From Squalus acanthias (Eukaryota): DNA of 64,000 nucleotides. The stretch lies in assembly GCA_030390025.1 (NCBI GenBank), contig CM059432.1, positions 136,030,001 to 136,094,000 of the forward strand. The letters are read 5' to 3'. Below the pieces are notes generated by a model. It saw nothing but the letters and a program-made list of their open reading frames with translations, was not told the DNA's origin and ran no database searches. Shown here piece after piece: positions 49,550 through 62,884 of the stretch (positions are counted from its first letter, which is position 1; each line of letters opens with the position of its first letter). Position numbers and translations under genes: made by a program.

Positions 49550-49990
49550 AGAATCTGAGAATCATACAGCACAGAAGGAGGCCATTCGGCCCATCGTGCC
49601 TGTGCCGGCTCTTTGAAAGAGCTCTCCAATGAATCCAACTCCCCTGCTGTTCCCCCATAGCCCTGCAAAATTTTCCTTTTCAAGTATATATCCAATTCCC
49701 TTTTGAAAGTTACTCTTGAATCTGCTTTCACCGCACTTTCAGGCAGTGCATCCCAGATCACAACAACTCGCCGCGTAAAAAAAATTCTGCTCATCTCCCC
49801 TCAGGTTCTTTTGCCAATTATATTAAATCTGTGTCCTCTGGTTATCGACCCTCCTGCCAGTGGAAACAATTTCTCCCTTCATGATTTTGAACACCTCTAT
49901 TAAATCTCGCTTAACCTTTTCTACTCTAAGGAGAACAATCCCAGCTTCTCCAGTCTCTCCACATAACTGAAGTCCCTCATCCCTGGTATC
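49550..49990 (-). mobile_element. CR1 3' fragment
   Basis: FFTRRVVVIWDALPE..FKRELD. Confidence 0.85.
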
Positions 49991-50539
49991 GTTGTATTCT
50001 GGTTGGCACAGAGACAACACAACAAGAAGGATTTTCTCTGCTAATGTGTATAGCGGTGGTGAATTATTCGTGTCTTGTTCGTTTTGGGTGGTAATATGGT
50101 CCACTGTTGAAATAGATAAAGAAGACAAAGCATTTCTATACCTATCCATGGAAAGGTTGCTGATGAACACTTTAACCATGGTAGCACCCCCCCCCCCCCC
50201 AGTGTTGGCATCATGGCCCTCCCCCCACACCCCTGGGCCAGGTCAGATACAACGAGCACCTCTGGAATTGTGTGGCATCTCATTGCCAGTTTCTGCAGAA
50301 CGCCCGGCCAACATCTATGCATAAGAATAGAGATTCTGCAGCAAGTCAGTCCATGGTTGGAGGTGTGGGATGGGGGGGGGGACATCTCAATTTATAATAT
50401 TCTTAAAATACCCCTCAATGTAAGAAATATTTTAAGAGACCATTTAAAAACTTCTTTCTGTTTCAAAAAATTGGGCAGTTTAAACTGTTTAAATGAGATT
50501 TACTGTGCAACCTGTAAACTCCCACCAAAAAACTCACTG

Positions 50540-51098
50540 TGGCGGATTTTATCTCTGGCTAGTTGACTTCCCGCCCGGCAAAGGCAGCAGGAGGCCATGG
50601 TGATTTTAATCTCTGGGCCTCATTTAAATGCCGCTGGTCCATTTCCTGCCCGGAACGGGCATTGAAGAGGGCACAGCAGGATTCCAGGTAGCAGGGTTGG
50701 GGGGGTGGGGGGGGGGAGGGGTGGGCTGGGGGAGGGGGCAGGTTTCCGGAGTGCTTCGCGGGAGGAAAATGGGAGGTGTTGAGACGGACGGAATTTCCTT
50801 GTGGGCACGGAGGGGCACGGAGGGTCACGTCTGCCCCTCCTGGCTCCGCATAGGAAAGTTTTAGACTTACCAGAAGGCCCGAATCCCCACTGAGGCTTCG
50901 GTTAAAAGTATTGACGTAATAGGACCATAATTTGCGTAACTTTGTGAAGCGCCGGCCTGCTGTTCAGGCGGGCGCCTCCTCCGCCTGCAAAACCCTGCAG
51001 GTTAATCTTGGAAACGGTCGGGATCTGAGTGAGTAAGCAGGCTGCTCGTTATTTTAACTGCCTGGTTTCCGCCAGGCGGGCAGGGTTAAAATCGACCC
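50540..51098. mobile_element. Harbinger-type MITE with G-rich core
   Basis: Ends GGCGGATTTTA / TAAAATCGACCC. Confidence 0.55.
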
Positions 51099-51494
51099 TC
51101 CCCCACCCCGTCTCACCTGACTTCTCACCTAAACAGGTGTGGCAGCTAGATATTAAGCTGCAGCTAGATCTTGTGTGGCAGCGAGCTAAACTGGCGACAT
51201 TTTTGTTTATAGTAAGGGAATTTACGACAATTGCAGGGAAAGGTTTCTGCTCACCTCGTTAGGAGATTAAAAGGAACATTTTCTGACAGACAATCTGTTT
51301 CAGGTTAACACTTGCTTTGGAATGATGTCTTAAGTGGTTGATTTTAGGAGAATTTCCCCTTGTATCTCCCAATACGGTGTGCATTAAATGGCATTAAAAG
51401 CATTGTTCAATTTGTGTCATCCCATTTCAAATTAGAGCCTAAAGTGACGAGCTTTGTACTTCCTAGTACAGTATGTGCAAAGTTTTACTTCTAC

Positions 51495-52530
51495 CAACTC
51501 CCGTTCAACCATCACCCCTCTGCTCGCTGACCTACATTGTCTGCCGGTTCGGCAATGCTTTGATTTTAAAATTTTCATCCTTGTTTTCAAATCCCTCCAT
51601 GATTTCTCCCCTCCCTATCTCTGTAACCTTGCCTCAGCTCATCCGCTGCTGAAACCCTCATCCATGCCTTTGTTACCTCGAGACTTGACTATTCCAACGC
51701 ACTCCTGGCTGGCCTTCCACATTCAAACCTGCGTAAACTTGAGGTCATCCAAAACTTGGCTGCCCGTGTCCTAACTCGCACCAAGTCCCGTTCACCCATC
51801 ACCCCTGAGCTCGCTGGCCTACATTGGCTCCTGGTTAAGCAGCGCCTCGATTTCAAAATTCTCATCCTTGTTTTCAAATCCCTCCGTGGCCTCACCCCTT
51901 CCTATCTCTGTAATCTCCTTCAACCCCACAACCCCCCGAGATATCTGCGCTCCTCTAATTCTGCCCTCTTGAGGATCCCTGATTATAATCGCCCAATCTT
52001 TGGTGGCCGTGCCTTCTGTTGCCTCGGCCCTAAGCTCTGGAATTCACTGCCTAAACCTCTCCGCCTCTCTACCTCTCTTTCCTCCTTTAAGACGCTCCTT
52101 AAAACCTACCTCTTTGACCAAATTTGATCACCTGCCCTAATTTCTCCTTATGTGGATCGGTGTCAAATTTTTTGTCTTAAAATACTCCTGTGCAGCGCCT
52201 TGGGACGTTTTACTATGTTAAAGGCGCTATATAAATACAAGTTGTTGTTGTAACCTCCTCCAGCCCTACGAACCTCTGAGATCTCTGCACTCCTCCAATT
52301 CTTGCCTCTTGCACATCCCCGATTTTCATCGCTCCACCATTGGTGGTCATGCCTTCAGCTGCCTCGGATCTAAGCTCTGGAACTCCCTCCCTAAACCTCT
52401 CCACCTCTCTACCTCTCTCTCCTCATTTAAGATGCTCCTTAATCCTATCTCTTTGACTGACTGTCCTAATATCTCCTATGTGGCTCGGTGTCAAATTTTG
52501 TCTGATAACGTTGCTGTGAAGTGCCTTGGG
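51495..52530 (+). mobile_element. L2 fragment with a second L2 nested inside
   Basis: Inner copy at about 51630-52248 is flanked by duplicated TGTAACCT. The outer tail resumes at about 53632. Confidence 0.85.
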
Positions 52531-52531
52531 A

Positions 52532-53632
52532 CTTTTTTTTATTCGTTCATGGGATGTGGGCGTCGCTGGCAAGGCCAGCATTTATTGCCCATCCCTAGTT
52601 GCCCTTAAGAAGATGCTGGTGAGCCGCCTTCTTGAACCGCTGCAGTCCATGTGGTGAAGGTACTCCCACAGTGCTGTTAGGGAGGGAGTTCCAGGATTTT
52701 GACCCAGCGACGATGAAGGGACAGTGATATACTTCCAAGTCAGGATGGTGTGTGACTTGGAGGGGAACTTGGAAGTGGTGGTGTTCCCATGTGTCTGCTG
52801 CCCTTGTCCTTCTAGGTGGTAGAGGTTGCGGGTTTGGGAGGTGCTGCCGAAGAAACCTTGGCGAGTTGCTGTATTGCATCTTTTAGATGGTATACAGTAC
52901 AGCCACGGTACGCCGGTGGTGGAGGGTGTAAATGTTTAAGGTGGTGGATGGGGTGCCAATCAAGCGGGCTACTTTGTCTTGGATGGTGTCGAGCTTCTTG
53001 AGTGTTGTTGGAGCTGCACTCATCCAGGCAAGTGGAGAGTATTCCATCACACTCTTGACTTGTGCCTTGTAGATGGTGGAAAGGCATTAGGGAGTCAGGA
53101 GCTGAGACACTCACTGCAGAATACCCAGCCTCTGACCTGCTCTTGTTGCCACAGTATTTATGTGGCTGGTCCAGTTAAGTTTCTGGTCAAAGGTGATCCC
53201 CAGGATATTGATGGTGGGGGATTCGGCGATGTTAATGCTGTTGAATGTCAAGGAGCGGTGGTTAGATGCTCGCTTGTTGGAGATAGTCATTGCCTGGCAC
53301 TTGTGTTGTGCAAATGTTATCTGTCACTTATCAGCCCAAGCCTGAATGTCGTCCAGGTCTTGCTGCATGCGGGCATAGACTGCTTCATTATCTGAGGAGT
53401 TGCGAATGGCACTGAACACTGTGCAGTCATCAGCGAACATCCCCACTTCTGACCTTATGATGCGGGGAAGGTCATTGATGAAGCAGCTGAAGATGGTTGG
53501 GCCTAGGACACTGCCCTGAGGAACTCCTGCAGCGATGTCCTGGGGCTGTGATGATTGACCTCCAACCACCACAACCATCTTCCTTTGTGCTAGGTATGAC
53601 TCCAGCCAGTGGAGAATCTTCCCCCCGATTCC
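52532..53632 (-). mobile_element. CR1-group LINE family B, RT fragment
   Basis: [21 protein letters not shown]. Same 3' end as 18027. Confidence 0.9.
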
Positions 53633-55082
53633 TATTACAACGTTAAAGGTGCTATATATATGCAGGTTATTGTTGCTGTTGGTGGTGCTGCATTCAACAA
53701 CTTTGGTTAACTCATGGACGCATTAAGCAAATTTGGAGATATGTTGTTGTAGTTTTAAATAGGAAGCGCCTAATACCGAGGCTCTATTCACCAGGCCAGA
53801 AGTTACAGGGCTCAAAATTGCATGGCCTTTTGGTCGACTCCTACCACGAGTCTGGCTTGAATCCGCTGGAACCACCAATCAAATTTAGTCGGGACCCATC
53901 TGACCGTAAGTGCGTGTTTCCAGGATGGCCTTGTGTGGGTGAAGTTACTAGCAGCATCTACAAGGCCATCAACATAAGGGGCTGAAGGGACAATTGAGAG
54001 TTAATGTACGGCATTGTACTATTTAACTATAAATAATAATATAAATAAAATTATTATGATTTATGATTTTAAAATGGGGACTGAATTAAATCTGTGTTCC
54101 CTGGTCCAATTATCACATGACCTCTTACTCCACTTTCCTTGAAGACCACACTTGGTCTTGACTTTTCAGGGTAAAAGTTTTACCTCCTGGGCATGTTTCC
54201 TCCCCTCGAAGTTTGGCCCCAAGTTCCTGATCCAGGAGGGGTGGGCAATTCTTCTATCTGCCCCAGTCACATGGCTCCCGCAGTTTGTGGGTCAGTGCCA
54301 GGGTTACTGCCGTACGTTCCACCCGACTCATCTCTGACAGGCCCAGAGGGACCGAGGTCTGCTGAGAGCCGGCATAAATCCTCTGTTGGGTCTTAAGTGG
54401 GACCTACAGTTGAGAAGGCAAACAGTAGGTACCTAAATACACTCAGACCATTATCAAGGCCTAGCATTAATGTATGTATGTATGGAGAATTCTATTGATT
54501 GATTAGCTGGGAGTGAGACACTGCCCAATTTTGACAAGCTCAGAAACAAAGCAACTCTAGCACCTTGGAAATAATATTAGTGTTTATCTTACAATCTCCA
54601 GTCCTTTATTGTTTCTTTTTTTGCTTTTTTTTGCTGTAACTCATTCTTTCAGGCCCATTGAGTCCTATTCCCTCCTATTTTTTAAATTCCTTTTGGGATT
54701 TATTTCCTGTTGTTAAAGTTTCTAGCAAATGAAAATGTTATTTTTTTTTAAAAGAACAGCTTGCTAACCTTTTGTCAAGTGGGTTTCAAAGCACTTTTCC
54801 AGCACTGGTTGGGAATGATTTGGATGTGGCTGGTTGGGATTCAACTGGGAAGCTATCAGCTCCCAACAGTAACAGTGGAGGTGATAAGTGGCTAGCCTGC
54901 AGCATGAAAGGTAGCCTCGACAAAGCAAACTGGCTTGGCGGAGAACGCAGCTGATACCAGTGCCAACGGCTCCAGCCAGATCTTCTGGGGTTTGTCTCAC
55001 AACCACTTGGCATAAAACCTTTCGAGTCTTCCCACGATTTAGCTTTAAGCTGGGCTTGACGCTGCCTGCTTTGAAACATAAT

Positions 55083-55837
55083 GGCCCAGATTTTGTGGTG
55101 GCCACAACAGCAAAACTGTCAGCATTCACCGTCATTACCCCTCTGAAAGTAACAGCAACTTCTGGAGTCAGTGCATGCGCAGATAAACGCAGAAATCCAG
55201 AAGTTGCTGCCAGTGATTCCACCCTGCTCCGAAGGTCGTGCTGTGGAACTCCCCGGAGCCCGCAATCAACTCAAATCACACTGAAATGCAGTTCCTGACG
55301 AAAACTTCCCCTATTACGCTGGAATATTGCTGTTAAAACACCCCGAAAAAGCTAAGCCTTGTTGAAAGAGGCTTTTAACGGCATATTGACTGCTGAACAA
55401 CTGTTCTGGCCCTGAAAAACTAATTTTATATTTGTGGAATGTAAAATTTTTCCAGTAATATAAGAATTACATATATTTTTAACACAATTTAAAAAAAAAG
55501 TTTGCTCATGATATGTCAGATTCTACCTTAATCCTATGTGTATGTCCCAATCTTTATTTCGCTCTCTGTAAAATTTATAAAAAGTAAATTATAATCTGTG
55601 CATTTTGCTTCCTGGTTTGCTGTCTGTGAGAATTCTTCAATATGATTGGCTGCTTAGCCTGCTTGATGACATCACTGTTGCTGGACATTGGAGATTCACG
55701 TGATTTGGCGCTAGATTCAAGCTAATGTTGGGAGAGGTGAAATTCACACCACAGAGTTCGCTAGATCTTTGTGGTCAGTTTTCTTCGAGGTCAACGGTGA
55801 GCGCCGTTACTTCACCGCTGACTGAAAATTCCGAGCC
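55083..55837. mobile_element. Harbinger-type MITE
   Basis: Ends GGCCCAGATTTT / AAATTCCGAGCC, TSD AAT. Confidence 0.75.
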
Positions 55838-56094
55838 AATGTTATTAATGGTGAGTAGATTGTTTATTGTTGATGAATGTATGTATGCATAAATGTGTGT
55901 TTCTGTGTGCGAGTAGTCGATCTTGCATGATGTTGCACACGGTCAGTCAGAAAATAAGGTCACTTTTTAAAATCTTTCTTTAATATCCCTGTGTTGCTGA
56001 TTTTCTCTGTCCCTTCTATTTCTGTTTATCTCTCTGTCTTTTTCTTCTTTTCTTTTGGGTGGGAAGTGGTGAGTGGTATAGTGTGCTTTGGAGG

Positions 56095-57822
56095 GGAAAG
56101 AAAGAAACAATGCACTTGCATTTATATAGCGCTTTTCACCACCTCAGGATGTCCCAAATCGCTTTACAGCCAATGAAGTACTTTTGAAGTGTAGTCACTG
56201 TTGTATTGTAGGAAATGCGGCAGACAATTTGTGCACAGCAAGCTCCCACACACAGCAATGAGACAATGACCAGATAATTTGTTTTAATGGTGTTGGTTAC
56301 TAGTCCTAACCCCTTTAGGACTACCCCAGATCAGGCGTATTCCCCAGACGTTCACTTTCAACTAAAATTTGAGGTAGCCGAATCCTAAAGATGCTTAATT
56401 GGGTCTAAAGGTCCTGACTATCTCTCCCTAAAGGAAAGGAACAACCTGAAGATGTTACCGTCCTCCAGATAGCACTTTTAATACGTTTAGCTAGACTATA
56501 ACCTTCCGGATATTATGAGGGTCTGGAAAACTCCCTCAGAATTCTGCAACTCCTCACCAAAGAGTGTACAGAGATTGAGTTCGCAAGTTTGATACAGAAG
56601 TATTATGTGAGACAATTCTAAAAATATATAGATTTATTAAAGAACCGACATGTAATTACAGTAGGTGTTTCAATCGCAACATTAACAGTTCCAAAAAGAG
56701 AAAGCTTACAATTCTTATCATCAGATCTTAACTTCGCTACAATTTTACAGTTCTTAGTCTTATTCAGAATATCCACCAAAATCAAATACAGTACCGTTGA
56801 TCCTCGAGACACAAAGAGTTGTAGACTTACAGAGCCTGCCTCCGAAGCCTGAGAATCGCTTTACCCCTTTACAGCGAATCTATCATCCCATTTGAAAGTT
56901 CAATATTTATATCCTTTTTCAGTGGTATTTCCTTTGAAGTTTTCTGCTGATGTAAGCTAATTATCTCTAGTCATTTTTCTGCTGACCCCTGCTATTCTTA
57001 CAGTCACCTCAGCTGGTAGCAATGCAGACACGTGTCTCTCCTTTAGGTGTTCGAAGCTTATCATAAAAAACGGTGTAACAGCAGGTGCATCTATTTGATG
57101 TCATTTTTACCAAGGTCTTCTGTTTGTGTCTTTTTACGATGTGTAAATTAAAACACCTCAACCAGGGTGATCTATGCAATTCTTAGTTACCTCAGCTGGT
57201 TGCAACACAGAATCATGTCTCCTGTGTTTCATTTGATGTCATTTTTATGAAGGCATATGTTTCTTAATTTTATGTGTTTCTTTCCGAAGTGTAATTTAGA
57301 ACACCTTAACAGGGTGTACCATCATGTTCTTTCCAAAGCTTCAGACTTCAGGAGCCTCCAACCTCCTGTTTCAATAAGGTTATTGATTCAGTGTCAACAA
57401 CTTATCTTATCTCAATAGCCTGTATGCTGTTTACAGCTTTAGATTGTTGAGGCTTCCAGATTTCCAAACCCAGTTTGTCATGTTTTAGTAAGGCCAGAAT
57501 TATTTCATAGAATGGTATATTTTTCTGAATATGGCTTATTCCTTCACAGGTTCAGGGATAAATATTGGCCAGGACACTGGGGAGAAATCCCCAGCTCTTT
57601 TTCAAAATAGTGCCATGGGATCATTTATGTCCACCTGAGAGGGCAGATGCGGCCTTGGTTTAACGTCTCATTTGAAAAATGACACCTGTGACAGTGCAGC
57701 ATTCTCTCAGTACTGGTACTAGGAGTGTCAGCCTAGATTTTGTGCTCAAGGCTCTGGAGTGGGACGTGAAGCCACAACCTTCTGACTCAGAGGTGAGAGT
57801 GCTACCCACTGAGTCACGGCTG
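56095..57822 (-). mobile_element. Deu-domain SINE split by the LTR-like element
   Basis: 56095-56298 and 57549-57822 rejoin at TGTTGGTT|(G)AGGGATA. Confidence 0.88.
56299..57548 (-). mobile_element. Solo-LTR-like element, copy 2, complete (1250 bp)
   Basis: 4-bp TSD GGTT. Minus strand starts TGTGAAGG and ends GGACTAGT. TATAAA at 56911-56906, AATAAA at 56638-56633. Confidence 0.8.
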
Positions 57823-58449
57823 AAACCAATAGCTGCAGGCTGCATTTGGTGTGGGGTTGTGGAGAAATGTGGCCCTCAGAGTTCTTCCTTCTTATTCCAT
57901 TCCCTAGTTGCTCTTGTTTCCCCCTGCCCCCGCCCTTGCTCCACTGTCACTCGTCTTACTTTTAACCCTCCATCCACTCTCCTCCACTCCCACTCTTTCT
58001 TCCATCCTATCCTCTCTTGCTAGCTGTTTCAAAATTAAATTTGTTTAATAAAGAAATCAAATTAGAATGAGGAAACAATACTGCCCTCTGTCTTTCTATC
58101 TACTTGTACCTTTCTTCTCTCTCTCTCTCTCTCTCTCTTACTGAGGTATTAGTTCAATTAAGTAAAAGTAGAAATTTCTCCTTTTGGTTTTCAAAATTTG
58201 AAGAATAGCTTATAAAAAAACTGCCAGAAAGTACAAAGAAAGATATCCCAGCAGTTCAGCTGACTGAACAGTACTGATACATTATGGAAAATTAGGCACA
58301 GTCCATATGCTCAGACTGCACAATCCAATTTCAGGTGACAGAGTTACAGTTCCGAGCAAGTCATAACTCCAAGCCCATGATTTTGGGAGAGGCTAAGGGA
58401 GGAAAAAAAAGAAAGAAAGAAAGAAGTAAGGATTAAAGAAGAAAGGAAC

Positions 58450-58785
58450 AAAAGAACTTGCATTTAAATAACACCTTTCACAACCTCAGGATGTCCCATA
58501 GTGATTCACAGCCAATGAAATACTTTTGACGTGCAGGACTGTTGTAATGTAGGGAACCATGTAACCAATCTGTACACAGCAAGGCCCCACAAACAGCAAT
58601 AAGATAAATGACCAGATAATCTTTTTTTGATAGTGTTGATCGAGGGATATATATATTGCGACCAAGAGAATTTCCCTACGTTTCCCTGCATTGCAACAGT
58701 AACTACACTTCAAAAGTTCCTCGTTGGCTGTGAAGTGCTTTGGGAGCTCGTGAAAGGGGCTACATAAATGCAAGTCCTTTCCTTT
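58450..58785. mobile_element. Two Deu-SINE 3' halves in opposite orientation
   Basis: Reverse tail and body to about 58660, then a forward tail. Confidence 0.7.
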
Positions 58786-58839
58786 CATTCATATATGTAT
58801 GCACTACATTTTTGTCTATCTATCAGAATAGGATAGGGA

Positions 58840-61800
58840 TAAGAACATAAGAACATAAGAAATAGGAGCAGGAGTAGGCTATTCGGCCCTTCGAGCCTGC
58901 TCCGCCAATCAATAAATCATGGCTGATCTTTGGTTAAGAACATAAGAACATAAGAAATAAGAGCAGGAGTAGGCCATACGGCCCCTCGAGCCTGCTCCGC
59001 CATTCAATAGGATCATGGCTGATCATCGACCTCAACTCCACTTTCCCGCCCGATCTCCATATCCCTTGACTCCCCCAGAGTCCAAAAATCTATCTATCTC
59101 AGCCTTGAATATACTCAAAGACTCAGCATACACAGCCCTCTGGGGCAGAGCATTCCAAAGATTCACAACCCTATGAGTGAAGAAATTTCTCCTCATCTCA
59201 GTCTTAATTGGCATACCCTTATCCTGAGACTATGCCCCCTAGTTCTAGACACTCCAGCCAGGGGAAACAACCTCTCAGCATCTACCCTGTCAATCCCCTT
59301 CAGAATCTTGTATGTTTCAATGAGATCACCTCTCATTCTTCTAAACTCCAGAGAGTATAGGCCCATTCTACACAATCTCTCATCATAGGACAGCCCTCTC
59401 ATTCCAGAAATCAATCTAGTGAATCTTCGTTGCACTGCCTCCAAGGCAAGTATATCCTTCCTTAGATAAGGAGATCAAAACTGTGCACAGTACTCCAGGT
59501 GTGGTCTCACCAAGGCCCTGCACAATTGTAGCAAGACTTCCTTACTCTTATACTCCAACCTCCTTGCAATAAAGGCCAACGTGCCATTTGCTTTCCTTAT
59601 TGCTTGCTGTACCTACATGCTAGCTTTCTGTGTTTCTTGCACGAGGACACCCAAATCTCTCTGAACACCAACATTTGGAAGTTTCTCACCATTTAAATAA
59701 TATTCTGTTTTTCTATTCTTCCTACCAAAGTGAATAACCTCACATTTCCCTACATTATACTCCATCTGCCACCTTACTGCCCACTCACTTAGTCTATCTA
59801 TATCCCTTTGCAGACTCTTTGTGTTCTCCTCACAGCTTACCGCCCCACCTAGCTTTGTATCATCAGCAAACTTGGATACATTATACTCGGTCCCTTCATC
59901 TAGGTCATTAATATAGATTGTAAATAACTGAGGCCCCAACACTGATCCTTGCGGCACCCCACTAGTTACAGCCTGCCAACCTGAAAAAGATTTGTTTATC
60001 CCTACTCTCTGTTTTCTGTCCATTAATCAATCCTCTATCCATGCTACTATATTACCCCCAAACCCGTGAGCCCTAATCTTGTGTAATAAGCCTTTTATGT
60101 GGCACCTTATCGAATGCCTTTTGGAAATCCAAATATACTTCATCCACTGGTTCCCTTTATCTACCCTGTTAGTTACATCCTCTAAAAACTCTAATAAATT
60201 TGTCAAACATGATTTCCTTTCATAAAACCATGTTGACTCTGCCTAATCATGTTTTGATTTTCTAAGTGCCCTGATACCACTTCCTTAACAATGGATTCCA
60301 GCATTTTCCCAATGACTGATGTCAGGCTAACTGGCCTGTAGTTCCCTGTTTTTTCTCTCCCTCCTTTCTTGAATAGCGGTGTTACATTTGCGACCTTCCA
60401 ATCTGCTGGGACCATTCTAGAATCTAGGGAATTTTGGAAGATCAAACCAATGCATCCACTACCTCTTCAGCCACATCTTTTAGAACCCTAGGATGTAGGC
60501 CATCAGGTCCAGGGGATTTGTTGGCTTTTAGTCCCATTAGTTTCTCTCGTACTTTTTCTCTACTTATATTAATTATGTTAGGTTCCTCACCCTCAATAGA
60601 CCCTTGGTTCCCCATCATTTTTGATATGCTTTTTGTGTCTTCTACTGTGAAGACAGATACAAAATATGTGTTTACCGTTTCTGCCATTTCCTTGTTCCCC
60701 ATAATAATTTCTCCTGTCTCTGCCTCTAAGGGACCAACGTTTACTTTTACTACTCTCTTCTTTTTACATACTTGTAGAAGCTCTTACAAGCTGTTTTTAT
60801 ATTTCTTGCTAGTTTTCTCTCATATTCTATTTTTTCCCTTTTTATCAACTTTTTGGTCAACCTTTGCTGGTTTCTGAAATTCTCCCAATCCTCAGGTTTA
60901 CTATTATTCTTTGCAAAATTATAAGCTTCTTCTTTCAATCTAATGCTATCCTTAACTTCTTTAGTTAGCCACGGTTGGATCACTTTTCCCGTGGAGTTTT
61001 TGTTTCTCAATGGAATGCATTTTTGTTGAGAATTATGAAATATTTCTTTAAATGCTAGCCACTGCTTATCTACCACCATACCTTTTAATCTATTTTTCCA
61101 ATCTACCTTAGCCAACTCACCCGTCATACCTCTGTAATTGCCTTTATTTAATTTTAAGGGGGAGAAGTTCGGTATCGCCCCGTTTGGGGTGCAATTATTG
61201 TCCGTGCGCAAAGTTTAGCGCCTGGCGCTAATTATCTCCTCCAACTGCAAACTTGACTTCTATTGCCCCTGGAGGTGATTGGAGCGCTAAATTAGGTGCT
61301 ACACACCTGTCTTAAGGCGCTAACGCCGAGGAGCGAGGCGCTACCTCAGAGCGTCGGCAAAGCTCATGTGATGTCAGTCAGCAATGGAACACAGACACAC
61401 TGGCGCCGGCCAGTTCTTAAAGGGGAGGGTCGATCTTGCTCTCCATCCACACCCTGCTCATTGCAGCCTTGAATCTCGGCCTGGAGAGACCTGTACATCA
61501 AATCTGCTGGAAAGAACAATGGAGAGTTCCAAGGAAAGAGCTCAGAGTGCAGCCCCCATATTCTTTTCTAAATCGATGCAAGGAACGGTCAAATCAAAAT
61601 AAACCTGCAAAGTGCTGCTCAGTACCCAAAACTCCTTCACACAGCATTGAATCTCTCCAGAAGTCTCTCTCTCTCTCTCGCTCTCAGAATGCGTGGTGCA
61701 AAAATGTCGCCGACAAAAAAAGGCAGGAAGCGGTCACCTTTAAATAGCGTTCCCCCAGTCTCTTCCTGACTGCAAAATGTTCCCCTCAACCTGTCATTGC

Positions 61801-62884
61801 TAGCGGCAGGCGGAAAGGCAGGGGGCGCCACTCAATATCTGATCCGGGGCGTTGCACGCTCGACTGACGTCACAATCTGCGGGCGTAGGATATTGTGGCG
61901 GTAGTGTTGAGCGCCACCGCAAAATGTCTGGCCAATTTTGCGAGCGGCGAAAACATCGCCGCACCCGAGCGCTAACGGGAGGCGCAAAGCAACCGAATGT
62001 TTCCCCCTAAGACTCTAGTTTCGGACGTAGGCAAGTCACTCTCAAAATTAATGTGAAATTCTATCATATTATGATCACTCTGCCCCAGAGGATCCTTTAC
62101 TATGAGATTGCTAATTAACCCTGTCTCATTAAACAGTACAAGATCTAAAATAGCCTGTTCCCTGGTTGGTTCCATGACATATTGTTCTAGGAAACTGTCC
62201 CGAATGCATTCCATGAACTCGTCCTCCAGACTACCTTTGCCAATTTGATTTGTCCAGTCTATATGAAGATTAAAGTCCCCCAAGATTATTGCATTACCTT
62301 TGTTGCAAATTCCTACTATTTCTTAATTAATATTCTGTCCAACGGTATAGCTGTTGTTAGGGGGCCTATATACTACTCCTACCAGTATTTTCTGCCCCTT
62401 GTTTTTCCTTATCTCCACCCATACTGATTCTACTTCCTGATCTTCCGAGCCGAGATCCTTTCTCGCTACTGTCCTTATGTCATCCTTTATTATTAGGGCT
62501 ACTCCCCCTTCTTTTCCATTCTGCTTGTCTTTTCGAAATGTCAAGTACCCTGGAACATTTAGTTCCCAACCTTGGCCACCTTACAACCATTTCTCTGTAA
62601 TGGCTATTGGGTCAAACCCATTTATCTCTATTTGTGCCACTAGTTCGTCTATCTTGTTATGAATGCTTTGTGCATTCAGATAAAGAGCCTTTAATTTAAA
62701 TGTTTCACCATTATTCCCTGCTTTGACCTTATTCTCTGCTGCACTGCTACCATTAAACTCTCTGTCCCTTCCTGTCACACTCTGCTTATTTTTACCCAAA
62801 TCGCTGCACTGCTCTATTGCCTTGACCTTTCTCTTTAGATTTCTAAATTTCTCCTCACCTGACCCCTCCTCCCCCCTTTTTTAG
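58840..62884 (-). mobile_element. CR1 LINE ORF2 plus tail, 5'-truncated, with an extra short tail copy at 58840-58930
   Basis: Colinear with the reverse complement of 40645-46040. ORFs at 62581, 62323, 61972, 60750, 60442, 60203, 59613 and 59193. Confidence 0.95.
61158..62007 (+). mobile_element. Harbinger MITE family A, copy 4
   Basis: TIRs GGGGGAGAAGTTCGG / CCGAATGTTTCCCCC, TSD TAA. The empty site is visible at about 42411-42435. Confidence 0.93.

Noticed and set aside
50694..50740. G-quadruplex-capable tract
   Set aside because: A low-complexity G run inside a MITE, with no evidence of function
56299..56330. Hairpin plus CTAG end suggesting a Helitron
   Set aside because: A 4-bp TSD is present, there is no 5' TC, and the insertion is not between A and T
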